Positions 37,423 to 52,462 of a DNA stretch of 64,000 bases are shown here, one piece after another (positions within the stretch are counted from its first letter, which is position 1; each line of letters opens with the position of its first letter). The DNA is taken from positions 247,197 to 311,196 of the forward strand of contig OZ287694.1 of the NCBI GenBank assembly GCA_965649825.1. The letters are read 5' to 3'. The translations under genes and the position numbers were made by a program. The DNA is from Penicillus capitatus. Lineage: Eukaryota > Plantae > Chlorophyta. The notes under the pieces are model-generated. The model did not search any database. It was not told where the DNA came from and saw only the letters and a program-made list of their open reading frames with translations.

Positions 37423-39499
37423 TTCGTCGACCACAAAAATGCGATGATGGTCGGCGGAGCTGTCAGTCAAGAAAAACACGCCGCCTTTGTGTCCACGGTT
37501 TACGACGATGCGTAAAACGAACCAGAAAGCGTTCGACGAAGTTCGAACTTCTCACAGCACGCCGTGCGAATTTGCGATTCGTTGGCTGACGCAACTCGGT
37601 CTAAAACGCCTGTGCTTTAATGGATGATCCTTTTGTTCAATCGCGCTCGATTTTCCATCGGATAATCAGAACAGAACGGGTCAGAAGTCCATTCGATCCA
37701 TGCGCATTCAAATGCGTCATTGCTTGTGCCGTCGTTATAACAGGTGAAGCAGCAAAACCATGTCATCGATGCATCCAACAATGACGTCACCACCTGGTGT
37801 CTCTAGAAACTGAAATCACTGGATCCCACTCTGCGCAAGGGCACACGGACAGAGATGAAGACGCTGATCACTTTGAATGTTACGGACGCTGGTTGGATTA
37901 TCGAATGATGCTGCGTCGGTTATACTTGACGTAAGAGAACCATCCATCTCGCTGCGCCGACAAGAGCGCATCCTGCATTCGAGTCAGCGTGTTTGCACGC
38001 TGTCGGCTGTGCAATTTAAAGGACGGTGCCAAAAATGACAAAGCCATCCAATCCATTGTGGCGTTCCGGTTGTGCTTGCAGCGTCGACGAGGAGTGTTTT
38101 CTTTGGAAGTGCTGTGTCTTCAAAACGGTCACATGACTTTAAACAGACCGTCGACAGGATTCCCGCAATGGCCATGACAACGTCACACTACAGCATTGGC
38201 TCGAAAAGGCACGATTCTGCGTAAGATATTTCTCAAACCGTCCAGACGACGCACAAGACAGCTTGTAGAATGCAACCTGTGTATAACAGGTGTCTGTGCC
38301 GCTTGGTTCCAGACGCTGCTAGACGACCGACTGCGAACGATGCCTAAGGGACAGCGCGTGCATCACGAGAGCGAGATGACCAAAGCTAAAAAAGCCTGCC
38401 ATAGAACAGCTGGTCGGTGCCCTCCTGAGATGCGAGTTCCGAAACCTTGACGTCACGCCATTCGTTGTTTGAAAGAAGAATGACCTCTGTTTCTTATTAC
38501 GTTAACGGGAGCAGGAACGAAAAGGGGCCGCCTCGTGCCCAGAGGTTGCGAAATAGTGTCCGCTGTTTGCATAGCTGCCAGGTCAGAAGTCGCATAGCGA
38601 GTTCCGAAGTTCCAGAACAGCCCATTCGATAATTCAGTGCTTTCCACATCTCTAACAGCGTTTTTGGCATCCATAGCGTGCGGCGAAGGATTCGAACGCG
38701 TTTCAATTTCTGTCGGGCCTTATGGTCACGGCCACTAAGAGACGCTCCAGAATCCAGAGGATGCCGCCGCTTGTCTGGAATGTTGCTCCCCTGTCCGATT
38801 CAGATAACGCGCAGGGTACATGCCTATCTACACAGCCATAACACCTTCTTCACTCCTCAAACAAGAATCAGAATGAATGCGACCATACGTAATAGGAGGC
38901 GTCGTCTTCGGGGTCGATACAATGATTTGACGAACTGATACAAAGGCTGACAGATCTCTTGCTCCAGTCGCAGTACACTGGAAAACAAGAGACGCACTAG
39001 AGGTGGAACTGCGGTCGATAGGCACCTCAGCGAGGTCCCTCGGTCTGTCAAGCCAGAAACACAACTAGCACCCACTTCGCTCTTCGTCCCCGGCGTCTTC
39101 TCCATTGAGTTCCAGTCGTTCCGTCGACGACTGGCAGAGCGTCGAGGATTCCGAGTCTTTCCGAAGGTAAGCATCCAAGGCGTCTTCTATGGAGAGGTCA
39201 TGTAACCCGACATTCGCATGAAAGTACTGTCGACTGGGCTGTTATCTGACGATATGATTCTTCACACGACGCTGATCTATCAGCGCGCAAATACATCGCA
39301 TCTTACAGAAAGGTGAGCGCCCAAGGCGTCGGATCCAGCCACTTGGCGAATCTTTCGTCTCCTGATCAAAGGAGCAAAAGAATCCACAGAGGCAGCAGAT
39401 AGAGATAGATGTTCAGATTTTGTAACTTCCCGCCTCGAATATCCACATAGGTGCCTCAGAACCACACATCGGGCACATTCTTGATCTTATAATGACATA

Positions 39500-40460
39500 A
39501 CAGTGTCTTCTCAATCGTCATCTGTTCGTTTCTAAGCAGCCTGTCATCCGCCGTCAGTCCATGATCGTCTGCAAGGATGCGTTTTGTGATATCTTTCTTC
39601 ATTCTCATCCCCAAACGTTGAAGATGCGTCGCCTTCCGGAAACCTCGTGAAAGGATAGTGATCCTCGGCGCCTTCTCTATAGCAGACAGCCATTTGTTGT
39701 CGAATTGACACGGTCATCGTAAGTCCCCTGGAACAACAATAGCCTTCTTAGCAAACAGACATAAGCGTCGTGCATCGTCAAGCACCTCAGGGCATGGTGT
39801 TCATTTCTGCATCGAGCTGATCGTAAAGAGTGGAAATGCGATGCGCGTCGATTCTCTCCTGGATTCGAGAGAGAAGGTCAAAGACTGCATCTTCCGTTCG
39901 CGTGTTTCTGCAGATGTGTCTTGGACGCAAAGGCGACAGTCGAAGAGCACGGAATGGAATGGCTTCCCTCCATTGCCGACTCTCCATGTCCGCCAAGAGT
40001 CTTCCAAATCGTATATCAGTCTTCTTGTCGCGAGGAGAATGATGTGGACAGTACTGTACGGCATCATCTCCTTCGATGTCTTTCGTCGTACGGTGTGCAG
40101 CTGCGACGACGATTGACGCGACGGCTCTGCAGTCAGCAGCGTCGGCGTTGTGGTCTGTCTTTCAACGGAGACCGACCTTGACCTGACAAGCATCGCCTTG
40201 TCCTTTCGCAGTTCGCCCAAAGGACTGACCGAGTTGCAGCAGCTCATCTGCGTGCGAAGGCGCAAGAATGGTCTCTGAAGAATGCTTGAGCATGTCCACC
40301 GAGCTCGCCAGGTGACTCTGTTGTTCTAGCATTGAGTCGTCCTCGTCGTCATTGTGTGGCGACCAGTCGCCTCGACGATTCGGAATGCCGTCCTTCGCAG
40401 GAAGATCGTCTGCTTCTCGCTTTCACTCCGGTGTAGACGGCGAAAGATCGTACGACATAG
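39500..40460 (-). pseudogene. Decayed coding sequence, unknown family
   Basis: One frame gives protein-like text (MSYDLSP..SHADELLQLGQSFG..QYCPHHSPRDKKTDIRFGRLLADME..) broken by several stops. Confidence 0.3.
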
Positions 40461-41829
40461 CCACAGAAGTAGAACGAACGAACATGACCACCGAACCGGA
40501 CGCACGTCAAAAGATACGCAGACGAACGCACATGTACGACAAATGAACAAAAACGCATTCGAAGAACGAACACATACGGGATGAAATGACGTGCGTGACT
40601 TCATAAACGCACAAACTCTGTCAAATGTCGAGCGAACGGATCAATTCATGTACTCTTAGAGAGCTACCAGATGTGCAGCCAGAAGAGTCTCTTAAGGAGT
40701 CTCCACACCTACAGTGGAATACATAGAGGACAGATAGATAGAAGTCTTGGTGTATGACTGCCAGCGAGGTGCATGACAGGAAGGACAAGCGTCGAGCTTC
40801 TGACGATGGCAGCCGAATTGCGCTCGTGTGCACATTTCTTAGCGGCCGCAACTTCGCCGACGCCGACGATCGAGTTGACAACGGCAAGTCCGGAGAGGGA
40901 GGTGACGCGACATCGCATCACCTACCGTAAACAGTACAAGCCAATTGCGAACACATGCCAGAGCTGCCTCTGAAACACGCTTTGATTCAAGTTCTTCGCT
41001 CAGATGGCAAAACACTGCTGCAGGAGGGGGTCTTCTGTAACATTCGCCCGACTGGACTTCCCCTGGCGTTCTGCCTTCTACAGAAGGGCAATCAGAATGC
41101 TGGACTGACTGTTCATGGCATGGATTGAGTCTATGCTGACGACCTCGCTGCATGTACGCATCACACCAGAGACGAAAGCAGCTCGCACTACGAAGCCACG
41201 AAGTGGAACGTTCGATGCGAGCGACGACGTACGGCGGCCCGAGGCGCCTTTCCTCTCGACTAGAGCATTGGGTCATCACTACGAGGCCTTTAGTGTCCGT
41301 CATTTCTTGCATGCGTCTGTACGGTCTTTAAATACGGTACATACGGCACTGCAAATGTTCGACGGTGTGCATTCAGTCAGCAAGCAGGGTTCAGGTTACG
41401 TCAGCCCGAGGCAGAAGTGACCCTTGCAAGTAACTGCCCGCGAAGTTAGCTGTTCTACAGTTGTCGCATGACTGGAGCTACGACGATCGGGTGGCTGAAC
41501 GCCTGCCGTACAACCGTCTCGTCAGACATCCAGTCAAAGCCCGACCAAGATGCATTCAACACAAGGCACTGTGCATTCGTCGTCGCTGGCTGGTTAATCA
41601 AGGCGCTCCATCCACGAGACCGACGGTGAAGATCAAAGCCACTCCCCCGTGTTACGAGTAATGGACTGGAAAACAGTCGCCGTTCTCTTTCTGGTGACCC
41701 TCCTTTCAGTGCGTTCTTTGCTGCAGCGTGCCGCCTCGTAGGTCCTAGGCAGTCTCCAATGCGTTCTGTTGACTCCCATAGGTTATCGGCACCTGTTGTC
41801 GCGTACAATTCTCGACGGCCTGTGTCGTA

Positions 41830-42498
41830 GGGGAGCAAGCAGGAGAAGACGCGAGCGATCTCTTCGCCGTTGACGTGACTTCTAGAAAGCTCCTAGGCAG
41901 ACATCGTCCGCTGCACGACGTCGGCAGACGTCTGAAAGATGAAGAGACTAGAGAGGCCGGTCTGCCTGACGAAGACGGGGAACCGCCAAGGGAGCAATCC
42001 TTTCAAGAGATTGACGACCTGGAAGAGGTTTCCACCTCTTCTCCAGAAGTCGGCCCCGAATCACCGTCAGCGGGAGAAGGAGACGCATCTCTGCCGGAGG
42101 CTACTCCGCCGGCTGATGAAATGATTGCAAGAACAACGGAGGCACCTCCAGCACAACTCTTAGTCCTTACAGAGTCTGAGGCGACGCCGGCGAGATTAGC
42201 AGAAATCGGGGATGGAGTCATAGGCTAAATCAAGGACAACGGACTCCGAGTCCGAGCCAAAGTCGTGGATGGAGCCATCGTCTCGGTAGTCTCTGCTGCG
42301 GGCAGTTCCAGCGCGGTGAGGGCGGAAACCCCGCAATCGAACGGCGGCAGTGGTCGTCCAGCACCTCGCGTCGGAGCGCGCAGTCCAGTCGCAATTGACG
42401 CCACAGGTAACCCCTCCGCACCGACAAGAGGACGGGGCAATCCTGGCGCAACGGTTGCCGCCCTTAGCAATGCTATCCCGAACCCACGCAAAATCTAG
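41830..42498 (+). pseudogene. Family D paralog with in-frame TAA (42226-42228)
   Basis: AGEDASDLFAVDVTSRKLLGRHRPLHDVGRRLKDEE ... RGNPGATVAALSNAIPNPRKI matches the motifs of 18559-19407. Confidence 0.5.
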
Positions 42499-43998
42499 TC
42501 GCACTGGAAAACAGCGGAAGACGTTTTCACGCAAAGTGCGCGATTCTTTATGAACTTGTTTCTACAGATCCAAACAGGAGAGTATCTTTTTTCGTTTTCT
42601 ATACATGTTATTCTTTGTGAAACCCCCGTCCGTGTATTTTTTTCTTTGTCTGTGAGATGGCCTTGGGAATGTGAACGGAGGGGGTAATCCTGTCACTTGA
42701 AACGTCGACCGGAAACTGGCACGTGCTTCTCAACGGCCAGGTTAAACTCCGAAAACGTTAGTGGTCTTGTGTTTCCACTCGTGTGTCCGAGTGCGTGTGC
42801 GTTCATTTAAGCGGGGGGACAGCGAAAGAGTCGGCTCTTCTGTGTTGCTCTCCCCGATACCACCAATGCCGCGTTCGTCGCACCTCTTCGACTCGGTCAC
42901 CCTCCCTCAAGACGGTGCCAACAGAAAAGAGAAATCCAGCGATTCGACGCTTCCGAGGAAAGATCGAAAACTTCGACGTCGTATGGTTGAAGCGTTCGCC
43001 GAATCCTGTCGGATTGTCAACGGCTCTAAACACAGCGAAGACGTCCTGTCGCCCCGAAACAGCGCAAGAAGGCTATGAAGGCCGATTACCAACCGCTCAG
43101 TGCTTCAAATCGATGTACGGACTCCCTGTCGGTCATTCGACTGAACAGCCCCCGTTCTTTCATTCTGGGGTGAAACTTACTTATCGGTCACCGGATCGAT
43201 TAGAGCGGTCCTTCACAGAAACGTTCATTTGGATCCGGTACCTACGCACTAGGCGCTGTGCGATCGCTTGGAATTCTGGCTTCGCATAGGGACTATGCGC
43301 TTCGCCGTTTCTGATGGCTAAAGGGATGCCGACGACATTACGGTGCCGTGCTCTTATTCTCCACAGAGTGGAGAAACAGTTCACAGCTACACTCTGGCGA
43401 GCGCTGCTGTTGTGCTTCTCGTTTGTCTTTCAGATAATCGCGAATGCGAGAGGCCTCGACGATGGAGGCTCCACCTGAAACGGCAGACAGCTTTCTAGGG
43501 ATAATAGGAAGGGATGCCCTTCGCGTCACACTTAAAGAAGTGATGACGTATCACCATACACTTTGCGAGGGACTAAGAATCATAGTTTTGCTTCCAGTCA
43601 CAGAACGCATGCTCTATCTTTGTAATAGACTCGGCAAGAACCTAGAATCCCTGCATCGCTTCCACAGAAGCACTTGAACAAATAAGCACATAAAACTGAA
43701 GGATCAAAACAAAGACAGGCAGCAAGTGGTATCCCCAGGATCGAAAAAAGAACAATAGTAGACACGCATGCACGGAGTTTTAATGCCTTCAAAGATGAGT
43801 GCTTCTCTGTCGAGAAGTCGGAGATAGGTCAAATATTGACTCGATCATTCTATCGTGAGAGGCACGAACACCAAAGCTCAATTGATGAAACGTTAACGGA
43901 CAGTTCTAAACACAAAAGCTCTTGACGCACAGAAACCCACAAAACCAAAATCGTCATGACTGATGGTATCCTCAGCCCGTCATTCCCGTAAGCCTAGT

Positions 43999-46900
43999 CT
44001 AGTCAAGGGACAAGGACGCGTCCTTGCGGCCTGGTGGCGTGGTCTGACCCTGTCCTTTCAGCTGTTCTCCTCCCGTGCTCCGTCTGTATCTCTCTATCCC
44101 GTCATTCCATATGTTCACACATTCCTGCAGGAACCAGCGCAGACAGCTCCATCCGTGAAGACGGTAAATTTTCGCCGCCTCTCTCCAGTGCAGTTCGTGC
44201 CTGTCAGGCACGCGTCCGTGCAGGCCTCTTGAGAGCGTGCGGACCATCCATCGATCCGCGTACTTCCTTTCCAGGTAATACTCGTTCTGTATCATCAGCT
44301 TCTGCACCACGTCGAAGAACTTGTGCTGTTTCTTCGACTTCCACTCGTCATACTTCTCGAACGCCAGACCAAGGCCGAGGGTGGCGTACTCCAACATCTG
44401 CACCAGCAGGACCAGGGCCTCGGACAGCAGCATCACCAAGCCGATCACTTGATTTGTGTCCTCGTCAGTATCCGGCCCAACGATCAGAAAGAGAGCACAG
44501 GTGTAGACAATCAAATCGGCAGTATGTGACAACAGCAGCACAAGCATGTTGAAACGCGACATAAAGGGATTCGCAGTGCGCAGGAGCAGAAGAAGAATCA
44601 AGGACAGTGCTATGAGCGTGACGATGGACGAGATGTTGTCGTCAGTGTTGCCCACGCCGGCGACGATGCAGCCGACGAGGATGATCGTGATCATGTCCAG
44701 CAGTTTCGACATCAGCTGCAGGTGGTATCTGTAGACTCTGCTGGATCCGAGTCGCAGGCGGTTGTTTTCGAACTTCGGGACGGGTACCGTCCATAGGGGA
44801 CGTTCACTCAGGACCACCAGCTTGCCTCGATCGACCCGACCTGTGGCGGGATCGACGTCCAGCGTGGCATCGCGTCTGCCGATTGCCGGTCCTCTGTATT
44901 CCTCGAAGAGCAGTCCGTATCGCTGGTGGAACTTCGATCCTTCTGTCGTGGTGGTGACCCATTCCGCTTCTTGCTGCCGCTTGCCGAGGAAAAGCGTCAG
45001 CAGCGACATGTCGGAAAGCGACTTCAGGATCCCTCGAAAGGTGAGGGTATCGCCGGCCTCCGCGTCCGGTCCGGCCTCTTTCGTGGCGGCCTCCCGATAC
45101 TCGGCATCGTGCTTTCCAGTAGACTCTTCCCGAGACGCTGTGGATCTCGTCTGCACGACGGCGAGATCGATTTCGGAAGACGTTCTCCGCGACCGGTGTC
45201 CGGATCCGGATGTGGATTCTGGGCTCCGATGGTTCGCGGCGGGAATCCTTCTTCCTTTGCACATGAACATTCTCCACACTCTTCGGAGCGCTCTCAGTTT
45301 CTTGTTCGGGATGTTCGTCACGAAGTTCACTTCTCTGAGATGGGGCGGCAGGCGCAGGACGTAGAACCACAACATGTAGACGCTCCACGTGAGGAAGAGA
45401 CCTGGCACAGCAACCAGCAGCCACGTCGCCAGCATGGCGTTATCTAAGAGGCACATGCAGATGGACAGCACAAGGGAGTGTCACATACCTCTGTCCGTCT
45501 GATAGAGTCCGGCGCAGGCGATCGAGATCGGAGGCAGCGAGAAGAACGCCAACATGAGCTGCAGTCTCGGCGGCTGCAGTATATCCGGAATCTCCTTCTC
45601 GGCGACGACGAAGTACGCAATGACGATGCCGTGGCAGAGGCAGACGGCCAAGAAGAGAGCGGGCACCCAGAACATCGTTCTCCGGAAGTAGTCCACCTTC
45701 GACTGGTCTTCCGGAGACTCGGATGCCGCGTCGTCGCTTTCGACGACCTTTAGTGCCCTTCGCGCGACGCCCGTCGCGTTTCTCTGCGCAGAGAGAGGCG
45801 ATCACTGATCGCAGGGCGTCGATAGGATTCTTACCCTTTCTGTCGAACGGCTGTCCTCCCAAGGCGTCTTGACATCCAAGACGGTCCATTTCAACTCGCT
45901 GGCGAAGTTCTGGTAGTTTACTGGCATTCGAGTAACCGCCAGCATCCCTGAAGAACGCGCGTGCCAACCAGAAGGGACACTAGCAGGCTGACGCGACCTG
46001 TCATGTGGAGCTTCTGCGCGTGATGGATCATTCTGATCGCGGATCCGCCGCCAGAGCCGCCAGCCGCTGCACAGAAGGGCGATTCCGAGGAGAGGCGGAA
46101 ACGATCTCTTACCTGAAGACGTGGCGAGGCTTGCCGTACCGACTCCGGCAACGACGACAGTGGTCACTCTTCCGACCGTCTCCCCCGAAGAGGACTTCCC
46201 CTTCGTCAAAGCGATCGCTCTCTTGAGCAACCGATCCTGTCTCGCTTTCGGTGGCGGAAACGGACGGTAGTAGATAACGCGACGCTCCGCCTTGAGCATC
46301 GCGTTTCCCGCGAAGTCCTCGAACCCTCTGTCGACCGTAATCTCGATGTCCGCTGTTCGATTGCTGCTCTCCGTCTCGATGGCGAAGTACACCGTACGGT
46401 GTCCTCCTCGACCTATCACTCGAGATCTTCCACCCCGAATGCGGATTCCCCCTTCGATGCCTTTCGCCAGCAGATTCGCGAAGCACTCTTCGGACGGCCG
46501 AGTGAGGGAACGGATGTCGTGACGTCGTTGGGTGATGCGGGACACCACCGGGCAGTCGAGCGGCTGGCTTTCCCACACGACCCTCTCCGAAAAGGAGACG
46601 CGGACTGTGTACCTGTGCGCATGATCTCCGCTCTGCTCATCGAGCAATTCGATCTCCGCGCGTGGCGGCGCGGAATCTCTCACGAGCGCCAAGAAACGTG
46701 TCCACTCTCCGGCACGCGCCTCCAGCATGACGCGCCCATCTGTCGCGAGAATCGTGGTCAAACGGGCGACGGACAGTCTGTCGGACTGCCTGACTGACAA
46801 CTCTCGGCGCCCATCGACGTAAATCTCCAAATCATCTTCAAAATCCATGGCATAGCCACTCTCGTCCAACCAACTGACGATGACTTTGATTCGGTCCGCT

Positions 46901-47307
46901 GACGTCAGCAGTGTGACATCTTGTGGACAGGACTCGCAGAAGAAGATTCGGCCCAGTCCAGCGGGATGCCGTACAAGCGTTCGCGTCGACTACAGAGCCA
47001 AGCTGCCTTCGTATCCAATGAGACGGAGTGTCTGACCTCGTTGTAGACGAAGACATGCGCATCGGTGTTGGGCGTCGGGTAAAGCACCGGCTGAGCTCGG
47101 GAGAGAAACCTCGAAGGAGTCCACAGAGATAGCTACGCGCATAGAGACATTTTCGAACCGCAGCTCAGTCACATCTTCGGCGGAGATACCCATAGCAGCG
47201 CGAAGGCACCATAAGTTATCTGTACGGCAAGGGAGACAGAGACCCGAGGGGTTAGTGACGTTGAAGCTTTGGTCATCTCCAGACGACAGAGTAAAAAGAC
47301 TTGGAAG
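43999..47307 (-). CDS. Gene B: Ig-like ectodomain + multi-pass TM protein (architecture reminiscent of plant At3g48200-type proteins); 5' end uncertain
   Basis: EITVDRGFEDFAGN Ig-like strand; TM region with RMPVNYQNFASELKW and QRYGLLFEEYRGP; several ~50-nt GT-AG introns between 45440 and 46120. An in-frame TAG at 46990-46992 is unresolved. Confidence 0.7.
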
Positions 47308-50300
47308 CTAGCTGATGAGGACCGCCGACCCAGAACGCGCGAACAGTCAGTTACACGAGGCGGCCGCGGCTCCTTTTTATCATCTTCGGTGACATCACCT
47401 GCCGCAGCGTGGCATGCGTCAGTATCATGGATAAGAACAATGACTGTCGCATCGTGGTCTAACACGGCGCGTCATCATCGCGACGGCCACCGTAGCGGGC
47501 GTGTGAAATATCATCTCGGCTGGTCTGTTCGGTATGCCAACGTGTGTCATCCGCGGCACTCAGGAAGACGCAATCCGGCCACCGAGATTCATAGTTTGTG
47601 GACGTCGAATGTACGAGACTGGCGTGCGAATCGATAACGTGGCCTTGACTCTGAAACGGCGCTGTTGTATTGCACGGAAGATGACTTTTCTGTCGACCTT
47701 TAGCGATCTTTTGCTCACAGTCTATTGCCGTCACAGCGTCTTTGTGGTTTCCGACGGCAGCTCCGAGTTCAACCAGTTCCGCACCGGATGCTTGACGAGC
47801 GCATTGGGCTGCATCTCTTTTCGAAGAGAAATCTCCTCTTCTTCGACCGGTGCATGTTCAAAACAAGCGTCACATGTTCGGCGCTGTGCTGCATGGGTAT
47901 GCCCGTCGGCCGTTTGTCGATATTCCGCACGCGACGGCAAATAAAGGCAAGAGTCTAGACTTCTGTTATATGCCGTCTGACAAACAAACCGCCACGACAC
48001 GTCTGCCCTTGCGATTAGGTAAACGATCGCAGGTGTTCGCAAAACGATTGACGAACGTTTGTGCGAACGATGCGTCACAAAGTGCGAGTCCAGACGTCAT
48101 GCAAGGTCGAAAAACAGTTGTTTGGACGAGGAATTTGCATGCACATGACTGCGATGAGGGTAAATGATGTGGACGCCATTTAAGAAGAGCAAGCAATTGG
48201 GAGCTGAGTAACTGTGCGAACGTCGCCTTGATTTCCCAGAAGACTCTTAGAACTACGTGATATTAAGAACCTTTTTAATGATATGAGTATTTTCGACTCG
48301 TAAGCACCACCTGCGTCGATACTTACCTTTGAGAGAGAAAACTCGAAGGGTCATTGGAACGACGCAAAGTAGGCTTCGTTAGACGTGACGCCGACTGCAC
48401 CGAGGCGTAAAGTTTCAGGAGGACAGGTGAATTGACTCTTTGAGAGACGCAGAAGTCAGAAAACGTGGCCACGGTCATCAAAAATTGAAATGTCGGACCC
48501 GCGCTTCCGCGAAAAGTCTTCGCGTTTGCCTCGGTCTTGGGTGACTAAAGAAGTCAAAGGAGAAGTCGACAAAAGTTTTTGTCCGGGTGGTGACCCTATC
48601 GTCGGCCCCCGAACTCAGCGCGACGTTGTCCTTTCCCCGCCGGAACCCATCCAACTCGGCACGGGCTCGCCAGACACAACCGGGTCAACTCTGATGGGAC
48701 GTCCCTCCTCTGTGTCCGGCGCAGGAATCGAACCCCCGCGGTCGTACTTCTCGAACTGGTCCAGCTGCACCATCCGCATTCGGGTCGATCCCCACAGTCG
48801 AGAAGACGCCGTCGCTAACTTATGCGCACCCATGACGACTTCGCCGACGACTCTTTGACGACTTTCTCCGCCGACATCCTGCACAGGTGACGACTTCTCC
48901 GGCAACTTTTTGACGTTTTGGCGACCGACCACCATATTCCCGTAACGAAATCTTGACTACTTTTAGAAGTCTTTCACAGTCAAACACGTACACCCCGGGT
49001 TGACTCTCTTATCAACAACAACCGTGCGTCTCTTGTGTTTCTTCTTTGAAGACATCGGTGAAAACACCACTCTGTTGGTTATCGTCGAGCCTAAAATTTG
49101 CTCTCTAGCTAGATGAAAGATAAACAACCACAACAAACCGTGGCGTTATCGTGTGTCTCCCGAGAGACCAAAGTGAAACTCTGTAACCTCTTTGATGTTT
49201 GACATTCCTAATGTTTACAAACTGTTTGTAGTGTACAATTTGGGCCACGGAGTCTGGAGAATAACCAACATCCTCGTCGTCAATGCGCAAGCGAAAGCTC
49301 ATTGCTACTGCCGCAGCGTTTTGCGACAACACTAGCAATGAGAGAGTCTATGTACTTGCGGACAGTAATCAATCTTTCGTCTAACGCTCTCACTGTTGGC
49401 ACGAACAAGCGATGTTCTTATCACACGCAACGTCTATATCAGACGAGAGAAGAGCCCCACCAAGTACCCTTGTAAAGTACAAGGTGTGTATTCTTCAAAG
49501 TCAGGATAAATCTCTTTTGAAAGAGAACGCAAATGTTCTCCTAAAATCAGTATCATGCGAAAAGTAAGCAGCCCTGAGTTGTGTGGTCGCGCCTCAGATT
49601 CAATCTGTGGATCCGACGAACTACCAAATCACGACGTCACGGACTCTTATAGCGAGTATGTCGATGTTTGTGTCCAGAAAAAGAACACAGCTCGCCACTG
49701 CTAACGAAGTCTTGAGCGTGAGGTTACAATTTCAACAATCCACACAAGTGACCGCCGAGAGTTTTGATTCGTGCGAAGAAGATCTTCTGCGGTGTTTGTA
49801 AAGATCGTCACCTTACGTCACACAGCGAGTATCTCAAAGGAATCTGACGTCTTTACGGCAAAGTTACGAGAGGTTCCACATTTCAGCGCCATAGGAACGC
49901 CGATAGTGTAGCGCATCGTCAATAAGATCAGCTCAAGCCGCAATCGACGTGTTCCTAGAAGAACGCTTTGTGCTGGACATGTTGTCCTTCGATTCAGTTC
50001 ATGCTGCTCGCGAACGGCGGAATCACAACGGCATCCACCGGACTGACGACTGACTCTTCGTCTTACCTCGAACAATCCCTTCGTGAGACGAATTGAGGCA
50101 GCGCACTCGCGCCAACGGTTATAAGACAGCGCACGACAAACGGCAGACGGTGGTGCGGTCGCATCATGCCTGACGACAGCACCATCATGACCATCGTATC
50201 CAATTGTCTTAACCCCTAAATGCGATCTCCTCTTCCTTTGAACACAACGTGAACAGTTTCGCCTGACAAACACACATGGCTGAGCCTCTTTGATGTGGAA

Positions 50301-52462
50301 TGGACTAACTGCTTTGCTGACTGGCATCTGAAGCAGCTGTTCTGGAATCTGTCAGGGGATTCGAGACATTGCCCAGGAGCATTAGAACTCCATTCCAATT
50401 CCTCCTCACCATTGACACCAGATAATGATCCATTCTGCTTTCAATGACCCTACGCGTGAAGAACACAGTCTGGAATGGAGAAGATCTAAGCTGAAAATAC
50501 TAAAGAGTTTCCAAAGAAGCGAAATCTGACTCCAAGGTTATCTTCTATACGATGCTGAATGCCCTTTTTGCGGATGTGAGTGACAATGCAGAGAGTTTCC
50601 TTGTATACGGATCGTTGACCAGGGAAGCACAGATTGATGAACTGCGCGGCTCTCTCTCGGCAATCAATGACTCCTGGTTGACGCCGTTGCCCGTTGTCAC
50701 CGCGATCTCACACCTTCCTCTACCTCCATCTACAGCAGGGCAATCGACAGAGAGGGCAGATTTCACAGTGTTACTGGTGCATGTATGTATCTTGACACCC
50801 ATTGCTAGAATCCATGACGCAGTTGTTGTTGTTTTTAACATTTCGAGCTGACGATCTCATATCCACCAACTGTAGCTGCAGAACACGTGAGCCTTGTATC
50901 CAGATAGTCTGCAACGAGTTAGCCACATGAACGACACTCGGCACACTACATGAAACACGTGACTGAGAGCTTCTTGACATCCATAAACACGGACGGACCA
51001 TTGTTCACTTGTCGAAGCGTGTAAGTCTACTACGAGCGTAGTCGCACAAGGGATGTATACGTACTGAAACGAGCAGCTTATTAGTTCGATCGCTCTAGTA
51101 GCAAACAGAGTAGCCACGATAGCCAGTCCTCGGGCACCAATTGTCCCTGCAAACTTCTTTCCTTTTCTCTTCGATGGGACATTCCTTTAATGAACTACTG
51201 ACAGCCGGACTGTCACCTTATTCGAACCTCAATCCTGCTGTATATCTACGAGACCAACAAACAGTCCAATGATCTCGAGACAACCAGAGGCTAACAACGC
51301 ACCGTTCCACAGGTAAGACAACGATGATTATCGGAACAGCCTCTCCACAACCGGATACATCTCCATCTTGGCATCTTCGTTCCAGATGACTGACAGAGTA
51401 TAGCAGGCTGAATACGTGAGACTTGACTGGCACGACTGTGACCGATGTCGTGATCTTCAAGGACGTAAGTGTGACTTTAAGCGACATCTCTGCAAAGTGA
51501 CCTGCATGAAGTGTTCGGACAGTTTGGGGCGTCCCACGGATGTCCGTCTAAACAATGGCGCCAGTTTCGGTCGCGCTCTCCCAAGAGGTCACGGAGAAGG
51601 TGAGAACGGATCTCTGACTTCATGAACAGTAGTACGGCATCCACCGCTCTCTGCTTGTTTGTCCATTACTCGCGTTTCCCTACAAAGACAGAGAGTGTGT
51701 CCGTCATCGGTCGAAGAAGCATTGATGTCGGTGCTTAGAGTACCTTCCAAACAGTAGACGAGATGTTCGCACCGTGTCCCGAGTAGAAAACCCACTCGGT
51801 TGGAGTGACGAGACGGTCACAGAACGCTTCGATGGAGACGACGTTGGCTATTCGCCGCACCGCACGTAACAGGTCTGTCTTCTCGCCTTGCATCGTTGCA
51901 AACAACGACGATCGTGAGACGGTGCGCGCACCGCTTCTTTGATGATCAGTGCCGCTAGCGCAGGGCGACCAACCTTTGTCAGGGTACACTGGCATGGCAT
52001 GGCGAGTTGATTAAACGCCCTTGCGTATCTGAGTGGGTGCGCCGCGAGAAATGCTTGTGTGTCGCACACTGCTTGAATGTCGGCGGGTTACGTCTCGCCT
52101 TTGATGCGAAAGAGCATCGGAATCGCCGAACCATGGAACGTCGAGGAAAACGGGAATCCTCCAGAGCCGGTGAACACTATTGCGCTTAGCAGAATGGAGT
52201 CGACATTCCGTCAGAGTGCGATAGGGTGAAGCTTCGCGAAGCGAAAAGAAAGTTCCATCCAGTCAGCACAGGTCACGTCCCGTCAATAAAGAGGATGAAT
52301 CTCTATCCAACACGCGCTATAGTTTTCCGTCGACTGTTTGGTTGTCAGAAGAAGTTGGAGACCAAACTCAGAAACGCGACGAAGTGAATTCGAGGTGTTT
52401 GTTTTTGAGCTTTGTTGCCAAACACGCTCGCTCGTGCAGGAGTTGACAAGAATCTCGCCGCC

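Noticed and set aside
42226-46992. Non-standard code (TAA/TAG = Gln, as in some ulvophytes) to explain in-frame stops
   Set aside because: MACPF and A-family genes end in TAA at positions conserved between paralogs, so TAA is a stop here.
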